Shown here: positions 9,472 to 17,815 of the stretch, piece after piece | Layout: every line of letters starts with the position of its first letter | How positions within the stretch are numbered: the stretch's first letter is position 1 | Assembly (NCBI GenBank): GCA_043801595.1 | Contig: JAZDLW010000031.1 | Coordinates: 1-25,280 of the forward strand | Direction of reading: 5' to 3' | Source of the DNA: Candidatus Aenigmatarchaeota archaeon | GTDB lineage: Archaea; Aenigmatarchaeota; Aenigmatarchaeia; JACPZZ01 | Length of the DNA: 25,280 nucleotides | The notes under the pieces: generated by a model | Database searches by the model: none | What the model saw: the letters and a program-made list of their open reading frames with translations, nothing else | What the model was told of the DNA's origin: nothing | Translations under genes and position numbers: made by a program

Positions 9472-9544
9472 AAAACATGCCGAGTTACCGACTGAAGCAT
9501 ACCGTATATTGCATCGGTATGCTTCTGTTAATACGGCATGTTTT
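9472..9544. repeat. Long nested hairpin after pyrH containing copy 2 of the palindromic repeat (9497-9525)
   Basis: Outer stem AAAACATGCCG/CGGCATGTTTT; inner stem GAAGCATACCG-N10-CGGTATGCTTC; ends in a T run. Confidence 0.88.
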
Positions 9545-9565
9545 TAACTGAACGGGGGTGCAAAC

Positions 9566-9622
9566 ATGAAAAAGAAGAAAGGAAATAAAAAGAAGAAATG
9601 CGGATGTTGCTGCAGCGGTTAG
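9566..9622 (+). CDS. Possible 18-aa Lys/Cys-rich micropeptide MKKKKGNKKKKCGCCCSG
   Basis: Archaeal SD-like GGGGGTG 5 nt before the ATG; strongly non-random composition; too short to confirm. Confidence 0.35.
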   Translation: MKKKKGNKKKKCGCCCSG

Positions 9623-9819
9623 TTTGATTTAACAACTTCGATGACATCAGCCGGATAGAGAAGCGCGCTAATTCTTTGCGAATTAAAAATTAATTGCGAG
9701 TTTATCCTTAACGACTAACCTTACCTTAAACAACCTTGTTGAGGAACTAGCGTTTCCTGCTATCGCCGGCGTCTGGAAAAGCTTAAATTGTTCGATTTTC
9801 AATTGATTGAAGTGATGAT

Positions 9820-10263
9820 ATGCCAGTAATAGGAATGCAAATAACGAAAATAGAAGCGACACGCAAGAGCGATCCGAAACCAGGTTTTAAGGTTGAATCG
9901 ACCCCTACGATAACGTCTGTCGAAGAGAAGGAAATTCCAGCATTGGGCAAGGATAAAGCGCTGACAATCGGTTTCAGTTTCACGGTTGATTACAAGCCTG
10001 ACATCGCATTCCTAAAAATAAACGGCGAACTTCTGTTCCTCGAAGAGGGGGAGAAAAAAGGCATGAAGGCCTGGGCAAAAAACAGGACTTTGCCAGAACC
10101 AATGATGATCGAAGTTTACAATACGATATTCAGGAAAGGCCTGATAAAGGCGCTCGCATTGTCTGAGGATATGCAACTGCCGCCTCCGCTGCAGATTCCA
10201 ATAGTAACGCCGAAAAAGGTCGGGGAAAATGAGGTCGAAGGCCAGAGCAATTACATCGGATAA
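9820..10263 (+). CDS. Conserved archaeal hypothetical protein (possibly SecB-like fold)
   Basis: 147 aa; four beta-strands then a helix and a C-terminal LPPPLQIP motif; SD-like GAAGTGA. Confidence 0.6.
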   Translation: MPVIGMQITKIEATRKSDPKPGFKVESTPTITSVEEKEIPALGKDKALTIGFSFTVDYKPDIAFLKINGELLFLEEGEKKGMKAWAKNRTLPEPMMIEVYNTIFRKGLIKALALSEDMQLPPPLQIPIVTPKKVGENEVEGQSNYIG

Positions 10264-10310
10264 TATTCTGCTTCAAACCGACGCGCTCTGCAGAAAATAA
10301 TTTTAAAATT

Positions 10311-10724
10311 TTAAACGAGGATTTGCGACGCGGAAAACTCGGAATATAACTCAGGCGCAAGCTGTTTGACTTTTTTGAGGACAGCTTTGTTGCCCTCGCC
10401 GTTCGTGAATCGGTCTTCTACAAAAATCCTGCCGTCCGGCAGGACTACCATGTCCGCAGTTTCCATGGGTTCGTACGGTTTAATCTTGAGATTATCGAAC
10501 ATCATGTAACTTCCTGACAACGACCGATCGACCAGCATGGTCCTCCCGTCAGTCAAACCATAAAAACTGAAAATTCTCGCCGGCATTGCGTTTGGCCTGT
10601 ATACCAGCTGGTTGATGCCGTCGCTTACCGGACCATCAAGCATCCTTACTGGATTCTTATCAGCGAACGAACCGTGGTTTCTGGCTATATTGCCAACTGC
10701 GAGCAGATAGTCTATCCAAGCCAT
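10311..10724 (-). CDS. Hypothetical protein
   Basis: Fills the gap between genes with protein-like composition. Start may be 10724 (MAWIDY) or 10742. Confidence 0.55.
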   Translation of the reverse strand: MAWIDYLLAVGNIARNHGSFADKNPVRMLDGPVSDGINQLVYRPNAMPARIFSFYGLTDGRTMLVDRSLSGSYMMFDNLKIKPYEPMETADMVVLPDGRIFVEDRFTNGEGNKAVLKKVKQLAPELYSEFSASQILV

Positions 10725-10841
10725 AAAAATAATCGTAAACATACAGATTTAAAGCCGATGCCTTCAGTGTAATAAAATATAGGCAAACACCTCATTGTTT
10801 TATGAGAGCGCTTTTCGTTGGTAGTTTTTAAAGGAATCCTA

Positions 10842-11360
10842 ATGACTAAAGCTTTATTTGTGGCTAGACTGCAGCCTTTTCACAATGGGCACCTGCACGC
10901 AATAAAAAAAATTCTGGAGAAATACAATTCTGTTTTGATAGCAATAGGCAGCTCGCAAGCCTCGCGCGAGCGGAACAACCCGTTTTCATTCGATGAAAGA
11001 AAAGCGATGTTAAAAAATGTTCTTAAAGGCGAGGGGATTTTTGAAAAATGCGAAATCGTAGGGATTCCGGACGTTAACAACGATGAGGAATGGCTTCGAC
11101 TTGTGGAAAAATACGATTTCGATGTGGCAGTTACAGGCAACGCATGGACACGCAGGTGTTTGGAAAAAAAATATCCAGTCTTCGAGCCCGCGTTTCTTGA
11201 ACCGGAAAAATACAACTCCACCAGCATAAGGAACGCGATACGCAAACACGACGCTTGGAGCGATCTGGTACCGAAACAGGTTTTTGATTTTGTAACGGAA
11301 AAAATCGATTCCGGCGAGGTTTTGATAAGCGGACAAGCAGAACGGAAACGCGAATGGTAA
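10842..11360 (+). CDS. nadM: Nicotinamide/nicotinate-nucleotide adenylyltransferase (archaeal NadM family)
   Basis: RLQPFHNGH (HxGH), IGSSQ, NPFSFDERK.M, NSTSIR..I and W..LVP motifs; ATG at 10842. Confidence 0.92.
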   Translation: MTKALFVARLQPFHNGHLHAIKKILEKYNSVLIAIGSSQASRERNNPFSFDERKAMLKNVLKGEGIFEKCEIVGIPDVNNDEEWLRLVEKYDFDVAVTGNAWTRRCLEKKYPVFEPAFLEPEKYNSTSIRNAIRKHDAWSDLVPKQVFDFVTEKIDSGEVLISGQAERKREW

Positions 11361-11402
11361 ATATTTAACAAACCCGCGGCAATTAGTAAATTAGGCAAAA
11401 TT

Positions 11403-12089
11403 ATGGAGCGGTATAAAATTTCAGGCAAAGTTATTTTCGTGACCGGTTCGAGCCGTGGCATAGGGCGCGCGACCGTGCTTGCATTCGCAAAACAGGGCTG
11501 CAAGGTTATTGTTACTTATTTCAGTGGCAAGGACGAAGCGGTGAATGTTGCGAAAGAATGCGCTGATGCGGGCGCCGCAGACACAATGGTTGTCCAATTA
11601 AACATAACGGACAACAAAAGCATCGCGGCTGCTATTAAAAAGACTGTTGAAAAGTTCGGGAAGATTTTCATACTCGTGAACAATGCGGGCGTTGTTGTCA
11701 TGAATAGGTTCGAGAAACAGACAATGGAGGACATTGAAAAACAGGTTCGGACAAATCTCGAAGGCACGATGAAAATGACGCATGAATGCCTGCCGCACGT
11801 CGAGGATGCGATAATAAATGTCGCGAGCATTGCGGGCAAGATTCCTTACGAAACCGTAGCGCCGTACTGCGGGACAAAATTCGGGATACGCGGATTTACG
11901 CAGACATTGGCGCTTGAACGAAAGGACATACGATTTTATTGCGTTAATCCGGGAATAACCGCAACGCGAATGACGAATTTTCGCGGGAGACCGCCGGAAC
12001 AGGTCGCTGATGTTATCGTGAATGCGGCGAAAGGCGTTTACAAGGTGAAATCCGGAGCTGACATTGATATAGACGAAATTCTGAAATGA
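11403..12089 (+). CDS. Short-chain dehydrogenase/reductase (SDR)
   Basis: TGSSRGIG, LVNNAG, NVAS, YCGTK (YxxxK) and NPG motifs. Confidence 0.95.
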   Translation: MERYKISGKVIFVTGSSRGIGRATVLAFAKQGCKVIVTYFSGKDEAVNVAKECADAGAADTMVVQLNITDNKSIAAAIKKTVEKFGKIFILVNNAGVVVMNRFEKQTMEDIEKQVRTNLEGTMKMTHECLPHVEDAIINVASIAGKIPYETVAPYCGTKFGIRGFTQTLALERKDIRFYCVNPGITATRMTNFRGRPPEQVADVIVNAAKGVYKVKSGADIDIDEILK

Positions 12090-12093
12090 TAAC

Positions 12094-12306
12094 ATGGACG
12101 TGAAACTGGGAATGTACAGACATTACAAGGGAAAGTGTTACGAAGTTATCGGAGTCGCGAAACACAGCGAGACGCTTGAAGAGCTTGTTGTTTACAAAGC
12201 GTTATATGGGGATAATGCATTGTGGGTGCGGCCGAAGAAAATGTTTCTCGAAACTGTAGACGCCAACGGAGAAAAGGTTCCGAGGTTTGCGTTGGTTAAA
12301 AAATAA
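12094..12306 (+). CDS. DUF1653 family protein
   Basis: G.YRHYKG..YEVIGVAKHSETLEELVVYKALYG...LWVRP..MF...PRF pattern. Confidence 0.92.
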   Translation: MDVKLGMYRHYKGKCYEVIGVAKHSETLEELVVYKALYGDNALWVRPKKMFLETVDANGEKVPRFALVKK

Positions 12307-12307
12307 C

Positions 12308-13063
12308 CTACCTTATTTTTGCTATTGGCGGCATTGTTAATTTGTGTTTATTCTTTTCGGTCATAGCAACAACGTTCTCGATTTTTCCGATAGCGATGTT
12401 AAGATCTTTCGCAACCTGCTTTGGCGATTTCTTTTCATCGAACAACGCTGCAAGTATTTTATCGAGCTCGTCGTAGGTTGTTCCGAGTTCTTTTTCGTCG
12501 GTCTGTCCTTTCCACAAACCAGCTGTTGGCGGCTTTGCTATTATTTTCTCGTGTATGCCCATTTCTTTGGCGAGTTCGCGAACTTCGTGCTTGTATAGAT
12601 CGGCAATGGGCAGGATGTCAACTCCGCCGTCGCCATATTTTGTGAAATAACCGATTAACATTTCGCTGCGGTTGCCTGTTCCTACGACCAAGCGGTTCAT
12701 CGAGTTTGCGTAATAATACAGGACAATCATCCTTGCGCGGGGCGCGAGGTTTGCAAGCGCGATACTGTTTTTCGGGTCTGCGGAAAGTGCCTGCTCCAAT
12801 TCAGCCAGGATTTTATCTATGCCAACGATTTTGCAGTCCATGTCGAGCCTTTTCGCAACAGCCTCTGCGTCGTTGGTATCATCGCTGCTGCTAAATTCGG
12901 ATGGCATTACGATACCGAGAACTTTGTCCTTTCCCAGCGCTTCGACGCATAGCGCTGCTACTAACGAAGAATCTATGCCGCCGCTTAGGCCAATGACTAC
13001 GCCGTTTGGTGCTTTTTCCCTAATGAAACGAACGATTGTTCGCTTTGCACTGGTAATATTCAA
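12308..13063 (-). CDS. nadE: NH3-dependent NAD+ synthetase
   Basis: GLSGGIDS, N..PRARM..LY, GTGNRSE..IGYFTKYGDG, PPTAGLW.GQTDE motifs; no glutaminase domain; TTG start. Confidence 0.96.
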   Translation of the reverse strand: MNITSAKRTIVRFIREKAPNGVVIGLSGGIDSSLVAALCVEALGKDKVLGIVMPSEFSSSDDTNDAEAVAKRLDMDCKIVGIDKILAELEQALSADPKNSIALANLAPRARMIVLYYYANSMNRLVVGTGNRSEMLIGYFTKYGDGGVDILPIADLYKHEVRELAKEMGIHEKIIAKPPTAGLWKGQTDEKELGTTYDELDKILAALFDEKKSPKQVAKDLNIAIGKIENVVAMTEKNKHKLTMPPIAKIR

Positions 13064-13196
13064 GCAATCGCCTAATGCAATCTAAAGGGTTTCAAAGTTA
13101 AGTAAAACAGACGAACTGTAAAAAGCATATTATATATGGTATAATCGTTTGCCGGCAAAACTCACCTTCTTCACAACAGTTTTACGATTTTTCACG

Positions 13197-13315
13197 TTGT
13201 CGACAAGGCTAACAAATCATCAAAAAGATCGTTTTGCCAACGGGTTTTCTGTCGGTTTGTTCCGACAAGTGGCGACAATTGGTCGTGTTTATCGAAGTGT
13301 CGGGTGATGTGTCGG
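13197..13315. repeat. TGTCG(G/A) motif cluster A
   Basis: TTGTCGACAA (13197-13206), TGTCGG-N6-CCGACA (13250-13267), GCGACA, and GTGTCGG at 13297 and 13309. Confidence 0.6.
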
Positions 13316-13750
13316 TTATTTTCGCCCATAAAGCAAGGGGCGCATCGATGGTAAGTCCCTTATGATGGCGACCAGTTCCTGTGCTGTGTAAATTTTGCCT
13401 ATTTCTACCTTAAGCATTGGCGCGGAGATCTCATCCAGACCTGCATCTGCTCCGTCGGAACACCCATCCCAGTTTCCGCATTTGACACACAATGAATCAT
13501 ACTGGTCAGTGATCTTTACGGTGGTTCGCGGGTGCTTTACAATGTAATCCCATGTTTCCGCCTCGTGTTCGACAAATTCGCGGCCATAACCATTGAAGTT
13601 GCCGATTTCTGGGTCTTTCCCCAGCTGATACCATCTGGCAAGGGATGCTTCGACAGAAGGCCGGTACAACGTGAAATCCGCGAAACTGAAAAGGTGGTGC
13701 GCCCTGATTTCAACAGGTTCCTGTAACGTATCTTGTTTTGAACAAATCAT
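13316..13750 (-). CDS. DUF1284-like putative metal/Fe-S binding protein
   Basis: IRAHHL...GYG.EFV...V.I...D.LC.KC pattern; SD GGTGA before the ATG at 13750. Confidence 0.65.
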   Translation of the reverse strand: MICSKQDTLQEPVEIRAHHLFSFADFTLYRPSVEASLARWYQLGKDPEIGNFNGYGREFVEHEAETWDYIVKHPRTTVKITDQYDSLCVKCGNWDGCSDGADAGLDEISAPMLKVEIGKIYTAQELVAIIRDLPSMRPLLYGRK

Positions 13751-13755
13751 AAAAA

Positions 13756-14361
13756 TCACCTGAAAAGCTCTGTGTAAAGAGTTTTGCCGTTTCCAGTCAT
13801 TGCACATTCGGCTTCCCTGAATCCGTCTTCGTCAGCATAAAGGCAGTTTCCAACCTGTCCGCCCATAAAACTTACAAGCACGTTTTCTGGAAAGAAAAAC
13901 TGCATATTATCGGGAAGAGGATCAAGATTGGCGTGCACACGCTCTGTGTTGATTATCTGCGAATATGCAATAGGCTGCAGTACACATTCATGAATAACGC
14001 CGCCTTCGTATTTTGACAACTGCGCGCCTATTTCGGCAAGACTAGAGATCCTTACGCTGGACATATCAAAACCGGTGCCTTCTCTCGCATATTCTTTCCA
14101 GTCGTTTTCCCTCTCCTTCAAGGAGTAAACGTGTTCCTCCATTGTGTCGGGTGACAAATAAATTTTCGTCTGCAATGAGTATACCGAGCCTTTCTCGTAC
14201 CTTAGATCAACTGAAAACGGCCCAGCAGAAACATAAATTCCGGATCCGTCCTCGTGCACACTAATTTTGTCGGCTCGCGTGTCCCAGAGCTGCTGGCAGA
14301 ATTTTGCAAAATGTGGGAAAACCCATCCCCTCTCCCTACTCACAAAAAGTTTTTCGGTCAT
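13756..14361 (-). CDS. Hypothetical protein
   Basis: 201-aa ORF with SD AGGTGA; closely spaced between co-oriented neighbours. Confidence 0.65.
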   Translation of the reverse strand: MTEKLFVSRERGWVFPHFAKFCQQLWDTRADKISVHEDGSGIYVSAGPFSVDLRYEKGSVYSLQTKIYLSPDTMEEHVYSLKERENDWKEYAREGTGFDMSSVRISSLAEIGAQLSKYEGGVIHECVLQPIAYSQIINTERVHANLDPLPDNMQFFFPENVLVSFMGGQVGNCLYADEDGFREAECAMTGNGKTLYTELFR

Positions 14362-14371
14362 GGTTTCACCT

Positions 14372-15016
14372 TCAACTGTTGATCGGCTTCCTTAGCGCAA
14401 TGAACGCTTTTAGTTCGTTGGAAGGGTTTGCCATTTCAAACCCTGAAAAGAATTTAGTTAGCGGCGCGTGTACTATGAAATCCCTTACAAGATAGATACC
14501 GCCCGGCTCCATGACACGCAAAATCTCGTTTTTTATGTCTGACCTGTCCTTGTGCCTGTCCCTATTTTCGCCCTTTGAACTGACAATCTGCGGATAAGTT
14601 AAAACTTTGACAATCTGCATCGGATTCCCGTTTGCATGGCTTGCAAATATTATGTCATAGTCCTGTTCTTGGTGGTCGTACAACATGGTTGATAACGCTA
14701 CGCCGAAATAACCTGTTGGGAACGGCATGCTTCTAGCATCTGCTCTTATGATTTTCTCGGGGTATTTCACAACACTTTTTGCGAATTCCGCTCTTTCAGG
14801 GTCGCCTTCCAAACCATAGCAGTCAACACCCTTCTCTTGGAGACGTTTAACCATGTAACCGCAGCCGGAACCAACGTCGATGACTCTCTTACCTAGATAG
14901 GCCTTCAGATCCACGCCCCATGCGTCACGCAAATCATAGTTAAGCGCATCCAGGAAAAGATCTGCGTCTTCGCCGTTGCGATAGCTTTGCGCTGACTCTG
15001 GGAACATAGCTTGCAT
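14372..15016 (-). CDS. Class I SAM-dependent methyltransferase
   Basis: VIDVGSGCG (motif I), YGLE, ADARSMPF and EILRVMEPGG motifs. 5' end uncertain. Confidence 0.88.
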   Translation of the reverse strand: MQAMFPESAQSYRNGEDADLFLDALNYDLRDAWGVDLKAYLGKRVIDVGSGCGYMVKRLQEKGVDCYGLEGDPERAEFAKSVVKYPEKIIRADARSMPFPTGYFGVALSTMLYDHQEQDYDIIFASHANGNPMQIVKVLTYPQIVSSKGENRDRHKDRSDIKNEILRVMEPGGIYLVRDFIVHAPLTKFFSGFEMANPSNELKAFIALRKPINS

Positions 15017-15257
15017 CCAGTTTCTTGGTTTTACTTCCCTAAATAGTTATCACTGCCTCGTAGTCCCTCTTTCGTGGAACTCTAACCCTCACTTTGAAAA
15101 TTAGACTACGCTACTTTAACATATAATTAAAATAATATAAATTATATCTTATATTATCTATTAGAACTATAAAATTAGATATAATACGATGGTTATTTAG
15201 CAGTATCGTTGTTACTGATTTTCTGGTGTTCTGAAGAAAGGTCGTGAGAGTTGTCAT

Positions 15258-15677
15258 TTAAACGAACTGCACCTCCTTGTCAAGCTGTTCTGCGCGATTC
15301 TGGAGTTTCTCTAAAACTTTATCAGCGTCCTTGCGAATATTTAGTATAATACGAGCGATTTCTCCCTCTGCTAAGCAATATTCGTTCGGAGCCAGCTTGT
15401 TTAACAAACCAGCGTCAATCAGGCGACCGACGTATTTGTAGCAAGTTGAGCGCGGAAGGCCTATGTGTTGCTGTATCTCCTCGATTTTAGCGCTGTTTTT
15501 GGCTTCTTTTTCTATTTTAGACTGGTTGCGGCCAGCTAAAAACATGAATATGTCGGTTATTTTATCGCCTTGCTCGTCCCTGTTGATAAGACCCAATGAA
15601 TTGAGAAGCCAGTTAGCGATCAATCTCGCGTCCTTTGTTTTCGGGACCGGAAGATCGGAAATGGTGATTTTCCGCAT
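15258..15677 (-). CDS. Winged helix-turn-helix transcriptional regulator
   Basis: IEEIQQHIGLPRSTCYKYVGRLIDAGLL HTH; N-terminal WL..SLGL..RD; C-terminal coiled helix. Likely start is the ATG at 15677. Confidence 0.8.
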   Translation of the reverse strand: MRKITISDLPVPKTKDARLIANWLLNSLGLINRDEQGDKITDIFMFLAGRNQSKIEKEAKNSAKIEEIQQHIGLPRSTCYKYVGRLIDAGLLNKLAPNEYCLAEGEIARIILNIRKDADKVLEKLQNRAEQLDKEVQFV

Positions 15678-15860
15678 AATACTCGCAATGTAGATTTGTC
15701 TCGGATGGCTTATATAGGTTAGCAGACGATGAACAACGAAAACGGCGATTTCTGATGCTATTGCGAAAATCGAAGAAAAGTCTCGGAACATATATAAACA
15801 TGGGAAAACTAGCCTTCGCAGCACCAAGCTTCCTGGGTAATTGATACGAAAGAAGCTATG

Positions 15861-16187
15861 TCACAGATTTTGTGGACTTTCCGATCTTTTGGTCCTGTTT
15901 TTCTCAAAATTTGTCATCTTTGTGACCAAGCCTTCAAGGTAGTTTGCGATCTCACGACCATCGTCTGTGAGCTCAATCATCTTAATCCTGCCTGTTTTCT
16001 TGAAATCAACAAGGCCCATTCTCTTGAACTTGTCAAGAAGCTTCACAGTGTGCGAATAAGTACAGTCAACCTCTTTTGCCAATTGCGTGGCATATTTGGG
16101 CGATTTTGCACAAATAAGGAGCCTTGCGGGCTTTTCGTGTAAAAACAAGGTTTCTAAAATGTTGTTTTCCTCGATTTCCTGCTCCAA
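15861..16187 (-). CDS. MarR-like winged-helix DNA-binding protein
   Basis: YATQLAKEVDCTYSHTVKLL..F...GLV.F.K.GR.K.IELT..G; SD-like GGGGGCGTGA before a TTG start. Confidence 0.85.
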   Translation of the reverse strand: MEQEIEENNILETLFLHEKPARLLICAKSPKYATQLAKEVDCTYSHTVKLLDKFKRMGLVDFKKTGRIKMIELTDDGREIANYLEGLVTKMTNFEKNRTKRSESPQNL

Positions 16188-16316
16188 CTCTCACGCCCCC
16201 TATGCATATTCTTCTTGAATTTTAAACTTAAATACTTTTATTTATATATTATAACATATTTATTATGATATGTTTGTTATAAATTATTTAATATTAACTG
16301 TGTTATTTAACTCATA

Positions 16317-17348
16317 TTATTTACTGCTGTTTCTAGATTCCAATGCGAATGTTGTGACAATCACAAGAAAACCAAGTACAATCGAAAGTGCGACTGTTGT
16401 CAGTCCTTTCTGCGGAATGGTTAGGAACTCGGATACGCTGTACAGTACGAATGTTGTTGAAAAACCCAAGATTATCAGTGTTATTGATTGCGCATACTTC
16501 TTCGGATGATCGATTAACCAACCTACAAACATCATTACCTCGGCCAAGAAGAATATGTAAACCGAGTTGTAGACGAACACGCTCACTGACTTGTACCACA
16601 CATCAAAGCCTGCTTTTGCAACCGCTTCATATCCCTTGGATATTCCTACTATGCCTATTGCCACTGCAACGATGTACAGGAAGAACGCTGTTTTGTTCGA
16701 TTTTAAGGAGAGTTTTGCCTCATTTATCATGCCACCGATAAGGCCTTCCAGCTGGAATCCTTTGATAAAGAGATAAGCGCCGAGCACGCCGAGGATAAAC
16801 CTCCATGCCATTACATCAAACACCGAAAACAAAATCAGCGCCAATGCGGGAAGACCGAAAACGAGCCTTGCGAGCCGCGGATTGTCCAGGGAGTTTTTAA
16901 GAAAGTTTTGTATTGTGAAATAGATGCCTTCGAGCCGCTCGCTCTGGCGTATGATAACGCGGCGGACTGATATTATCCTGGCTTTCGAGCTTAGAAGCGG
17001 GATAACGTATTCGTCGCTTGCACCGTCACTTACAAAAATGATCCCTTCCGGATCGAACTTCTCTGTCACCTTGTCAAGCTGGCGGATGATCTCGCGGTCG
17101 GCTTTGAAACCTTCTTCCTTGTGACCGGTTATTGTCGCCACTTCGACGTCCGATGCCTTTGACAACTGGTCATAAATTTTGACAGCCTCGAATATCGCGT
17201 TCATATCGGATTCTTCGGGATCGCTCAATCCGAGTTCTGTCGCAAGTTTGATGTTTTCTTCCCGCCCGACTATCGGACCCTTGAACGATGTTTTCCGGCC
17301 TACATCATCGTCGCGGTCGGCGCACAAAACGAGTATTTTTTTCCTCAT
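16317..17348 (-). CDS. DUF373 family membrane protein
   Basis: LVLCADRDDDVG.K....PIVGRE, DPEESD.NAIF, FVSDGASDE, RRVIIRQS, then several TM helices; SD GGTGG before the ATG at 17348. Confidence 0.9.
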   Translation of the reverse strand: MRKKILVLCADRDDDVGRKTSFKGPIVGREENIKLATELGLSDPEESDMNAIFEAVKIYDQLSKASDVEVATITGHKEEGFKADREIIRQLDKVTEKFDPEGIIFVSDGASDEYVIPLLSSKARIISVRRVIIRQSERLEGIYFTIQNFLKNSLDNPRLARLVFGLPALALILFSVFDVMAWRFILGVLGAYLFIKGFQLEGLIGGMINEAKLSLKSNKTAFFLYIVAVAIGIVGISKGYEAVAKAGFDVWYKSVSVFVYNSVYIFFLAEVMMFVGWLIDHPKKYAQSITLIILGFSTTFVLYSVSEFLTIPQKGLTTVALSIVLGFLVIVTTFALESRNSSK

Positions 17349-17365
17349 ACATACCACCAAGTTTT

Positions 17366-17416
17366 ATTAGAAAACCGTCAGGTTTTCTAATTGAGAAAAC
17401 TAATGGTTTTCTCAAT
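17366..17416. promoter_or_regulatory. Tandem related palindromes in the DUF373/histone divergent region
   Basis: ATTAGAAAACC-GTCA-GGTTTTCTAAT and ATTGAGAAAAC-TAATG-GTTTTCTCAAT, each with 11-bp arms. Confidence 0.7.
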
Positions 17417-17536
17417 GAAATCTGATCAGAATTTGGTTTTCAGAAATATAAGCGAACGGATAAACGAGCCGCCTATAAAGAACGAAGGTTTTGCACGGAA
17501 CCCGCGGACCGCAAAGATTAAATGTAACGTTTTGCA

Positions 17537-17755
17537 ATGAGTGTTATGACCGAATTACCTTATGCCGCGTGCGAAAGAATTCTAAGAAAGGCAGGCGGCG
17601 GACGGGTTGGAAAGGATGCTGTCGACGAGTTTGCAAAAGTCCTTGAAGGCGTTGCTGTTGAACTGTCTGCAGAGGCTGCGACAATGGCACGGCATGCAGG
17701 CCGAAAAACGATTATTGACGCAGACGTGAGGCTTGCGAGAAAAAAGCTGATATAG
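17537..17755 (+). CDS. Archaeal histone (HMf family)
   Basis: ELP.A...RI...AG..RV..DA...A..ARHAGRKTI...DV.LA. Start may be 17546. Confidence 0.95.
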   Translation: MSVMTELPYAACERILRKAGGGRVGKDAVDEFAKVLEGVAVELSAEAATMARHAGRKTIIDADVRLARKKLI

Positions 17756-17815
17756 ATTTTTTATAGGAACAACAGTGACGCGCGAATATTAATACGCTCA
17801 ATTTCAATTCTAAGC

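Noticed and set aside
8706..9525. CRISPR repeats or prophage att sites
   Set aside because: Only two full copies, separated by a whole housekeeping gene; no match to the tRNA 3' end; no integrase in the window.
9623..9800. Riboswitch, C/D-box sRNA or ORF in the gap before 9820
   Set aside because: Only weak hairpins, no complete box C/D pair or recognisable aptamer; a short minus-strand open frame lacks a start codon.
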